Assembly: GCA_010093705.1 (NCBI GenBank)
Contig: MU006097.1
Span: forward strand, 52,865 to 72,864
Reading direction: 5' to 3'
DNA from: Patellaria atrata CBS 101060
Taxonomy: Eukaryota
DNA length: 20,000 nucleotides
The notes beneath the pieces were generated by a model. That model made no database searches and was not told the origin of the DNA. It was given only the letters and a program-made list of their open reading frames with translations. This document shows positions 1 to 10,199 of this stretch, in pieces; within the stretch, counting starts at the first letter, position 1, and each line of letters begins with the position of its first letter. The position numbers and the translations under genes are program-made.

Positions 1-3000
1 TCTTCCGTATCTTGCCAGAACTAACAAGGGCCTTGAGATGCCGTGATATAGTATAAAAATCCGGCTTTGGTAGATTAGGGTATAACTTCGCCCACTCGGC
101 TGAGAGGGGCTCATATAATTCGCGAAGTCCACCTGGAAAGACACCGTCAACCTTTTCAAGAATGTTATTGAGAACTTTAGTCCTATTGAAGGCGATGGAA
201 CCGCCCCTAAGAATCCCAATACCCTTACTCGAGTTCTTCTTAGGTGATGGCCCAAGGGGCCGTTCGTGAAGAGAGTTTGACTGGGAGTTTTCAGCATCTA
301 TAATATGTTCTGAGGACGATACACCAGCGTCACATGAGAAAGTGGTTTCCATAGGTGAACTCGTCGCTTTGGATTGCCTGACGTGTCGCGAGCTTATGAT
401 GTTTGCAGTTTGGTTATTGACAACGAGGGTCTCTAGCACTCGCTCTTGTGGGATAGCTTCAAATGGCTGAGTAACATTCTCACTAGAAATGAGCTTCCCA
501 TTTGCGCGGTTCAAAGTATCGGTCCTATCTGCGACGAGAGTTGAAGGAGTATCATTTGCAGGGGGAGTGGAACCAGCTTTTCCGCTAGTTAGGCCTTCGG
601 ATTCCTCAGAAATAGCTCCACCGGGTGTGGCAACGTCTAACGGAGCCTCACTATTGTCCTCCGACTCTATAAGGATCTGCAGTTTGTAAATCGGTTCTGG
701 TAAGTCAGGCGGTATATTGAGCTCTTTAGCTATCCGATTAGATTTGATAACGGCGACAATACTTTTCCGGGGACGGCCTTGTTTAAACGGACGTTTCGAT
801 CCGGGGGGATTGATATAAAGCCCGGGTTTTGAGGTATCGGAAAGCTGCGCTACCAGTTCTTTGATCCGAGCTTGAGAAACATTGAGGCGTGCACGTTTCT
901 TCTTAGGCTTTTTCTTGACCTTCACAATGGTTGTAGAAGGGCCTTGTATAGTCGATGTTTCCGCAGGTGGATGGTTACCGGATGTGACTTGCTGTAGAGT
1001 CTCGCTATGCGGGTGAGCAGTAATAACCGTAGAAGTATCTTCTGCAGGTACAGCATTCGTGGCTGGATGATCAATAGGGATGAGTGGACGGCTAATTCCA
1101 TCACATAATAAGGACAAGCCATTATCGGTGGGTGTTGTCTCCATCCCGTTGCTCTCCAGCTGTTGTGCAGCTTTTTCAGCTCTTCGTTGCTCGTCTCGCT
1201 TCAATCTCACCTGTCTCTTCTTCAGGGTGCGTTGATCCCCACCTTCAGCAATCCAGTCCAAGTCCATCAGACGGTCAGATTTGAAAACTGCAACCATAAA
1301 CTTCCGAGGACGGCCTTTGATTTTACGGTTAGGGACTGACCCTGGCGGGTCTATATAAACCCCCGGATCTAACAAAGGTTCGAATTTAGTGGAAAAGGAA
1401 TCGAGACCTTCTATGGTACGATCTAACAACTCATCGTTATCAACTATCCGCACCTTTTTTCTATCTCGTCCTTTGACAGCTGACACTGTAGATGATGGAG
1501 GTCCTGCTACTGGTGTCGTCATATTTGATTGAGTAGAAATGATGCTTGTATTCTGTCTGTTAACCCCTGAAGTAGTCTGTAGAATTTCAAGAGTGGAGCT
1601 ATCATTGGAGTTAGACATGTCTCTCCCAGAAATCGGTAAGATAGGAGTTTGCAGAGTTGCCGAGACTGATTGATTGTGAGCATTCGAGCGAGGGTGCTCT
1701 GATACTCTATCAGCGACGCCGTTAATTGTGGGATTCATGTCTTTGTCGGATTCCGAGTCTGACGTCTCTGGGATCAAGCCTAATTCCTGGTTCCTCTTTC
1801 TCTCCTCTTTGGCTTCCGCAGTTGCAATCTTCTTTGCTTTTTCTAAAATCCGAGCTTTCCATTCCTTCTGCTCCTTTATCGCATGCTGCTTTATCTTCCA
1901 TTTCTGGGCGGTTGATAGTGAAGCGTCGCCTTTTCCTGGCCGGACTAATAGACCCCTACTTTTTAATGTATGAGGCCCAGTTTCAGAGTCAAAAATGGCG
2001 TCCAGATTGATATCGTCATCAGAAGGTGCGCTACGCTTTTTTGGAATTGCACGGGAGTCCGGATTCCAGTTTACCGTAAATGTACCATTCCGTCTATGCT
2101 GGACAACTGGATCTGTCTTGTTGAGCTTCAAAGGTGGAACCTTTGCAGTTTTGAGAAGATCTTGTAGCGTAGCTGTATTAGTGTGACCAAGTATGCGACC
2201 AGCCGCGATTATGGGGAATCCCCACTGATCAACCATTGCTGGCTGAAGATGAGCAGTCTTAGTCACTCCCTTTCCCTTCTTTGCACCACTAGCCACCATG
2301 ACTGCTTCCCAAGCTGTTCGACCGTCTTCAACAGCCATTTTGAAATTATCATATGACCGATAGACGTAATGGAGATGAGTATTCGTGGCGGTTTTGGTAA
2401 GACCGTTGTCTCGAATGATCCCAAGATGGCGCAAATGCGGCGGTTGCGATATCTGCCAATGGTCACATATTCGGGCAGATATATTATGCATCGGCCGAAC
2501 CCAGAAAGGGCCAAAGCCGGATTTCATAAGATCCATAGCAGTAATCCCACCGGAGCCGCTGTTTTCTACGAGACGGAAGACTTGATTGGTATGTGGAAGG
2601 TCTGGCGTCCACAATGGAGGCTGTCTAGAAAGCTGAGTTTCTCTTGTTTCAGCGGGTTCTTCATCATCTTTGAGCAAGTCTTCGATATCGTCGCCCTCCT
2701 CATCAGAATCGACGTCAATTTGTTTTTCTCCGGTGCGCTCGGACGGTTTGAATCTGAACCATTTGTTGAAAATCTCCCGATCATGGTCAGTTGGTTCACG
2801 TAGAAGCTTAATACACCGTAGCAGCTTTTTCGCACCAGCACGAGCGTAGCCAACCCGTGCTGTTGCCAGTACAATATCCACTATGCCAAGCTCCGACATG
2901 CGATTTATTGCCCTACATAAATTTCTTCTTTGACGTTTCGTACCGTCCTACCAACATTAGCAATACCCCATGCATGCTATAAAAGTGAGATCTTACTGGT

Positions 3001-4063
3001 AATATAACTCGTATAAAGTCATGCAGTATGATTGCATTGACATCCTTTAGCATTTCACAAGCTCTCTCTAGCAAGTGCTCCGCAACCAGTATCCCGTTAT
3101 GATAAACAGATCTCGGCTGCTCACTGAGTGCCTTGTGAAAGCGTCTAAGCGTACACAAGCTCGTTTTCGTTCCTTTGCCATAAACGGTCTTTTTAGTGAT
3201 ATAACCTTTTTCAGCAAGCTTGTCGGTCCGTTGTGGCGTTGATCTCTTGTCCTGCCCAGACTGGTGGGTAAGATCCCTCTGAAGAATTCCGTCTGGGCCA
3301 TGGAACGCAATGATTGAAAGAAGCTGGAACTCATGACGAGGGATACGTTGCCAATCAACACCATGGCCGGTTAGTGCATGCCACATTCGGCTTTGAGTGA
3401 CACGTACTTGAACAGACGCATGTAGCTTATCTGTTCCTCGATCGTTCGCGTTGAGGTCCCCACGACCTTCTGTCATATTTGACGTAGTCGCATTAATGCG
3501 CTCTTCTACTTGAACCAATGTCAAAGCATTCCCCGAACCTTCTGGGCTGATGAGAACATCTGGATGAGCTGTAAGCCATTTCCAAACCTTTTCCAGAAAC
3601 CTTCGGTCAATCTCAGGTGGGGAAAGCTCAGTTTGATCATCTTCAGAAACAGTAGTATCGGTTGCTTCACGTTGATTTGTCAAGAAAACTTGGACGAAAC
3701 CCTTGATATCAACTAAGCTTGCGCCTGTAAAGTAGGTTAGTATCAACCAGACACTCAAAGAAGGTTCACAAATAGGCAATTCCTCGTAACAAGGGAGTAC
3801 ATTTTCAATCCTACAAGCCAGGCAGAAGGGCAAAGCTACTGAAGTATTCACATGTATTACAAAATGGCAGATGCAATTAATCATGATATTCTTAATGGTC
3901 TATTCTGAGGATATGTAATATCTCAAGTGGGGAAAGAAAGAAAACCGTGTAGTGAGGTAGCATTAGGAGTTCAAGTTGTAGTTGCGTTCAACGTACCTTG
4001 CTCGCCTTTAAGGGCAACACGCTCGAGTAAAAAGTCGACCAGATCATCCACACCTCCACCCAT
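1..4063 (-). CDS. TFC3: RNA polymerase III transcription factor TFIIIC B-block-binding subunit (Tfc3/Sfc3/GTF3C1-like), 3'-truncated by the window edge
   Basis: Hand-spliced: exon 1 4063-3997 (MGGGVDDLVDFLLERVALKGEQG), intron 3996-3725 (GTACGT...CTAAC...CAG), exon 2 3724-2997, intron 2996-2948 (GTAAGA...CTAAT...TAG), exon 3 from 2947 apparently open to position 1 (spot-checked, not every codon). Motifs typical of fungal B-block TFIIIC subunits: MWHALTGH..D...I...EFQLLSIIA..G..GILQ.DL...SGQDKRS.P.RTD.L..KGYI.K and SQPPHLRHL. Two GRPRK AT-hook cores lie downstream. Confidence 0.88.
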
Positions 4064-4791
4064 CGTCCCCTGTTAACTGAGAGATGTGCCTGTGCTTCAT
4101 GCACTCCCTTTTAGTGGTGACCCAAAATTCCTGATTAGACAACACCGGGAATCGAACGCGTGCTCCACTTGTGAGTTGTGATTGTAGAAATGCAGAACAA
4201 GGCTCAGGTATCGTCGTTTACTTTGGGTGCAGAGATTTGCAGGCGAATTGTCGGCGGTGCGTTCCCGCCTGGGATCTGGATTTTGGCGCACAGGCACCAG
4301 CGAAAAGCCGAAAATGATGCGGGGCAGAGCCGAGCTCTTGGTGAGTTTGACTTGTTTGTGTTGAAGCCAGACTTCTCTCCGCTCCCTGCCATCACCGTCT
4401 ACTATCGGGTCTTACAGATGAACCTATGAAGGTCCTAGGATTCGCTTAAAGATAGTAGGTATCAGCAAATTAGAATAATGAAGGCCGCATAACGAAGACA
4501 CCACCTACGGTGGTACTGTACTATAATAATGTACTAGAATCTGTGATTGCCCTCAAGAGTACAATAATAGGGTATACCTCGCATCACCCGATGGATGCAA
4601 TGAGTACCTCAGATATCGAGAGAAGTAGATATTACTCTTCTATGAATCAATAATGACGTCTGCCTAGCAAGTAGTTACGAGCTTCTTTGGCCTTTTCCCT
4701 AAAATTAGATCTTTTTCAGTTAACCAGTCTATAATTACGAGAGCTTTTCCACTCCAACTCCAATACAATCTCAGCATAACTTGAAGCAAAT

Positions 4792-5639
4792 ATGGCTGAT
4801 CAACAAGTCACAAACGACGCTCTAGGAGAGCCGCTCTCCACCAAAAGCAAAGTGCTCGAGACCGGCGCCTCAGCCATTCAGGTAAATTATCGAAATAAAC
4901 AGTTCCTTTCTCTTACACTAATGTGTGCTTTTAGGATTTTAGGCCTGTCAAGCATATCTGCGCCCACTTGAACGCTTTCCACGCGTATGCATCAGATCCC
5001 ACACGCACGGTGGAGGCCAACCATTACTGTTCTCATCTCAACGAAGGTATCGTGATTTATATCCTTCACGTATTGCTCAACTCATCCTAACTTCCCCACC
5101 ATATAGACGTTCGTCAATGCATCCTCTACGACTCGCCTGAACCTAATGCTCGCCTTATCGGTATCGAATATATGATCTCACCCAAGCTCTACAATACGCT
5201 CGATTCAGAAGAGCGGAAGTTGTGGCATACTCACGTTTTTGAAGTCAAATCTGGTATGCTCATCATGCCTCGTCCGGTCGGTGTGCCAGATGCAGTTTGG
5301 GAGACAGCGGAGAACAAGGAGATGGAAGAAGTGATTAAGATATATGGAAAAGTATATCACTTATGGCAGGTCGATAGAGGTGATAAGTTGCCCTTGGGTC
5401 AGCCTGAGCTCATGGTCAGCTATACTGCAGAGGATCAATTCGACTTCGATAAGTATGTGGGCGACCGTGATGCGAGATTCGGGGAAGACTACAAGCATAA
5501 ACAGGAGATTAGAGATTATATCGAAGTACCAGAGCTCCATCCTGGTAGGATGTGTCTAAATCACTCTGTAAAATACGGCTAACGAATAGCAGATGCTGAT
5601 GCCGTATGGAAATCCGGTATCAATCCACCTACTACCTAA
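4792..5639 (+). CDS. DUF1264 family / oil-body-associated protein 1-like (~228 aa)
   Basis: Exons 4792-4881, 4935-5046, 5107-5544 and 5593-5639 join in frame (687 nt) across three GT-AG introns. The protein has ICAHLNAFH..., [41 protein letters not shown] and [21 protein letters not shown], which are characteristic DUF1264 motifs. Confidence 0.88.
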
Positions 5640-7589
5640 GCTTCGTTTATTGTAGCCAAGACCTCGCAAGTTATGGAAACGAAGCTTGAAATTTATAATG
5701 ATAGAACGAGTTATGAATGATGATACCATACGGGGTTGAATTAAAGTATTTAAGGATGAAAGGGAGTGAGAATTTTATTTTCAACTTCACTGTATTATAG
5801 TAATAACCATTCCTCTCTAAGTAGACTCTCCACCCCTTTCGTTTCTAATGTAATTGGCAAAATTCTGAATAATGTCACCTCAGTCACTCCTGCGGGTGTC
5901 AACATGTGACAACCACTGGAGTGATAAGGATCTCCTGCCTCAATTAAGTGGCAGAGTGGTGTCTTTCTTGCTTCTCTGTCCACACCTCCTCACCCTGGCG
6001 ATGGCGATGAGGGGCTCTAGCAATTTCGAAGCTTCTAATACGTTCTCGAAGGGAAGGAAGGTAGAGGTATACCGACTGCTCACACTCGAGTTGTTCTACT
6101 ATCATGGGAATGAGGGATGTCTATTGAGCTGGATGGGGATGCAATTGAAAGTGGGATACATGTCTACTGTTCGTCCATTGTGGAATTGTAGCTGTATTGA
6201 GATGAAAACCACTAAATTTGTGATTTTGCATTTCATGAAAGAGAGTTGACGTTGGGTTGAGGAAGAAATTTAAACGCCCTTAGCTCTCAATGGTCCCACG
6301 CGCTAAGCCAATTTCGATGTGAAACAAGGGGTTACAACTACAACCTTATACCTCACCTCAGGAGATAATAAAGAAACTGCCCGAAATTTAAATCGACGCA
6401 GACTACAAAAGTCGTCTTTCATATCTTTAGAATTATTTGGACTCTTGGTGTACCGATCTTTGATTCATACGTTCTCTCGAGGAAACTTACCCCTAAAACT
6501 TCAGCTCTGGTACAAATTAGGCAATAAGGGGATAGCTCACGAGAGGTGTTAGAATGTACGATATTTCTTTCCTTCTTATAATACTCGGTATATTGAATTT
6601 ATTGTTCTTGAAATTCGCTATTTATCTATCTGTCTGAATTTCTGAATTTTCCTCCTTCATTATACCGGTTGGAATTCCCGGGCACTGTACGATTGCTGCA
6701 CGATAACTACGTACTCTACAATCTGTCTTCTCGAGAATTCGTACACGTCTGTGCAGTACAAGGAATACGTCATCTTTCTGGTACCGTACAGAAACTCGGG
6801 AATTCTACGATCAGGAAAAAGACCCTCGAAGGCCGCAATCCCTGGGTTGAGAGGAAACCTCTAGCAAAGAGCCCCGAAATCTTTCCTCGGAATGAAAAAG
6901 CAATTTACAACATTATACTCAAGGATCATCTGTTCGGCTGCGAGGACTGATGCCAAAGATCTTCGTGACCCCGCGTCTATAGACATATGCACATTATGAC
7001 ATGCATGGACCAGGAGTCACTTAACTTAAGAATACCGCTGGCAATCAAGTTGTCCGACGCATACCGAGGAATCAAGATCATTCTCAACTTACCCATGGAC
7101 TATCAGTTCATCGCTGTAAAAGGATGACCAGCATGGAATAAGAACAATCCAGTCTTCTCCCTAAAAACTGGCCACAGTCATGTCACACTTCACATACGGT
7201 CTGGCTATTGTTCGCATTACCGCTATTCACATGCGACAATTTCTGGCGCAAACCTACTCAATTACCGCATTTTCCCATTCAGAATGGCTCCAGTTGCATG
7301 CGTGACCTCCGGTATGACGCAAAATCTCAACGACAATAAGGTCACAGCAGTAGCAATATGCTGGCCATTGTCACCCGCCTATCCGATGGCTCTCTTATAT
7401 CCCCGTCCGACTCATTTCCTTTCTCTTTTCTTCATCTCACAGTCATCTCACTTTCTTGAGTCTTATTTCTGTCTCACTCTTCACACAACGCTTTCTTCAA
7501 TCTCGCATATCACAATTCACGTTCAATACACCTCTACCTATCACTCCTTGTCGAATTACTCACAAAGCGCCAATATCACTGACGCAAAT

Positions 7590-8779
7590 ATGATTACTTA
7601 TCAGCTCTACAGTCATCCTCACCACCAAAACCTCCTCCTCACTCCCATCCTCGAAGACACACCATCAATTCCTCACGAGCTCGCCGTACACGACCTCACT
7701 GTCGCGCTCCCAAAGTCATCCGAACGCAAAAAAGCCTTCAACGCTTTCCTCAACGTCACAAGCCACAGGCTCGTACAGCTCACCGCCGACCAACTCGACT
7801 CCCTCAACGTCCAGCGCATCGTGCACGAAAAGCGCGCTCGAGCCGTCTTCCGCGCCGCCGTATTCCACATCGTCACCTCCCGCGTAACGCAGCAACTCAC
7901 TTCGCAGCGCTACTGGACCGCAGCCGAAATCAGTACCGGCATCCAGCTCCTGCGTTCCGAGTTCGAATCCGCCGTACGAATCGGGATGTCTCGCCTCCCG
8001 TTCCTGCAGACGGGCGCTCTTCCCGCCCTGTCCGAGGACGCCGGCGCCGCCACTTCCTCCCCGGCCCGCGGCCAGGAAATGCGTTCGAACCTCCTGCAGA
8101 AACTCCGTGCGCCGGCCCTCGTGCACTCCTGGTCCTTCTGGCACGATCGCCAGGACCGGCGTAAACCTGCCGGCGCCACTGCCGATGCGGAAGATAGGTA
8201 CGAGGATCGCCTCGTTATGCTACACGAGATTGAGGATGTCAAGCAATTCTGGAGCGTGTATAATAACTTCGAGCTCCACAATTTACAGCTTAAGGACAGC
8301 ATTCACCTGTTCCATCGCGGGACGAAGCCCGTCTGGGAGGATCCCAGAAATGTCAAAGGTGGTGCTTGGACGTTCCGCGTGCCGAAAGAGAAGGCGGGTG
8401 AGTTCTGGCAGCAGGTCAGTCTGTTGGCGGTTGGCGAGCAGTTGCAGGCTGCGGTCAAGGATCCAAAGCGTGTTCGTAAGTTTATTCCCCTTCTTGAATG
8501 CTGGTTCTGTTGTTATCGTTGCGTACATTTGCTAATGCGATTCTAGGCTTTCACGATGATATCTGTGGCGTCAGTTACTCTGTCCGCTTCACGTCTGTGC
8601 TGATCTCTGTCTGGAACCGAGACGCCGAGAACGCCGCTGGCATACAGAAGATCAAGGAGGTCATCTTCGAGGCGTTGGATCAGGAACTTGTCCCGAAGGA
8701 GGGTGTGTACTACTACAAGAAGCACTCCCAGCATCCTGGATTCAGGGCTCCCGAAGGCGATGCTTCCGCTGCTGCTTAG
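7590..8779 (+). CDS. eIF4E-family cap-binding translation factor paralog (class II/4EHP-like W56->Y) with long N-terminal extension (~372 aa)
   Basis: Exon 1 7590-8475, intron 8476-8546 (GTAAGT...GCTAAT...TAG), exon 2 8547-8779. eIF4E core motifs: LVHSWSFW, FWSVYNN, HLFHRGTKPVWEDPRNVKGGAW, FWQQVSLLAVGE, DDICGVSYSVRF and ISVWN. The start is uncertain: 7590 is preferred and 7986 is an alternative. Confidence 0.88.
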
Positions 8780-9212
8780 ATTTGAGTTTGTTCTACTTCT
8801 CAGGGAGTTATGGTAGCATAGATTACTTTTGGAATTCATGATCACGGTTTCGATATATGCTATTTCCTCAGTTATTACTTTGTGAAAAGTCCTTGTTCTT
8901 ATGGTATGACCCTACTGTCCGCTTACCGTCTAAACCCTCCACCATATGAGTGCAGTTCCTAGGATAATCAATCCGAAGCAGGTTCATACAGTAGCCTAGT
9001 GCATTTTCATGTTTTTATACCGTACAGCGGCAGGAGGAAAGGTATAGGTCGTATACAAATCTCATCAATAGTATTTTTCATAGGAACGAACCATAGGCAT
9101 CACCTATCTAAACCCTATCCATTCCCCTTACCCAGAAGCCCCAAGAATAGCCAGTCCACTCTCATCCATCAGGAATAAATAAAAAATAAACCCCATATAC
9201 CCCCAACCAACC

Positions 9213-9975
9213 TTACCCAAACACCCCCGCCCGTCTCATGACAGCCTCAAACTCCTCCACCCCGACCGTTCCCCCATCCCCCTGTCCCTGACTCCCATTC
9301 GCCTCCCTCAACATATCCCTCAAAACCTCCTCAGCAACCTCCTCCCTCAACTCCCTTGCGACCCTCTTCAAATGCGCCAGCGTGATTGGGCCCGTCCCCC
9401 TCGCAAAGAGCTCATAAGCCTGCTTTACCTCCTGCGTCCGATGTCTCTGCCTCGCATCCACGCGCTCATCCTCATCGTACACAGAGCCCTCGGGCGAACC
9501 GGACGCCTGGCGCTCCGCGTGGTTGAACTGGAGCGCGGCGTAGGAGAGGAAAGGGGGGTAGGGGATGTAGCCGGTCTCGGTGGGGTCGAGCGTGTCTAGC
9601 ATCTCCCCGATCTCTGAGGGGGGAGGAGGGTAGCCTAGTGCGCTATCGTGTCGTTGGGTGTGAGCGTGGTTCTGAAGGGGGGAGGAGGGAGGGGCGAGAC
9701 GCACATCAGACACCTTCGCACGTCTTCACGTCTTAAGACGCCGGAGTCCTCGAAGTCGGGATGTTGAACTGCGAAGAGGGAGAATGCTTCTTGGATCTCG
9801 GCTTCTTGCGTCGCGTTGATGCTGTTTTCTTTGGCGAGTTTGGAGGCGCGCTTGGGTGTGCTGGTGGAAGGGGGTTTGGCTTTAGCTTTGCCGGTGGCGG
9901 TACGTTTGGGAGGCTGCGAGAGGGTGTTTGGGTGAGATCGGGGGGCTTCAGGGGAGAATAGATATGACTTACCAT
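9213..9975 (-). CDS. Centrin/calmodulin-like EF-hand protein with degenerate EF hands (~213 aa)
   Basis: Exon 1 is the ATG alone (9975-9973), then intron 9972-9914 (GTAAGT...CAG), exon 2 9913-9705, intron 9704-9643 (GTGCGT...TAG) and exon 3 9642-9213; total 642 nt in frame. Motifs MPPKR..., QEAEIQEAFSLF, DVRRCLIALG, LDPTETGYI, ITLAHLKRVAREL.E and V..EEFEAVMRRAG match a centrin/calmodulin-like architecture. Confidence 0.82.
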
Positions 9976-10199
9976 TATAGAGTATGGGAGAAGGGGAAAG
10001 CGGTTTGGTGGGGTTGGAGCTGGAGTTCACATGCGAGAGGAAACGATGATGCGGAGGTCTTTGCGGGAGATGCCTTTTCAGAAATTGAACAACGAAAAGT
10101 TTCTTGCTCCTCTCCTCCAACACCAACACCGAACTCCAATTCTACTCCATTCACAACGCAATTCAATCGTACTCCCATACCCCTCATCGCGCGACCAAG
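9976..10199. promoter_or_regulatory. Compact divergent (bidirectional) promoter between the EF-hand gene and the NOPCHAP1-like gene
   Basis: Only 224 bp separate the two head-to-head start codons. Confidence 0.6.

Noticed and set aside
2913..3884. ORF-track 323-aa ORF starting MINCICHF as a complete gene
   Set aside because: Its first ~53 and last ~27 codons are read-through of TFC3 intron 1 and of intron 2 plus out-of-frame exon 3; the real start is at 4063.
5795..6950. Small intergenic ORFs of 62-125 aa
   Set aside because: No codon bias, motifs or convincing splice structure.
7284..7589. In-frame ATG at 7284 adding another 102 aa to eIF4E
   Set aside because: It runs through a pyrimidine-rich core-promoter-like tract with no codon bias and is probably upstream of the TSS.
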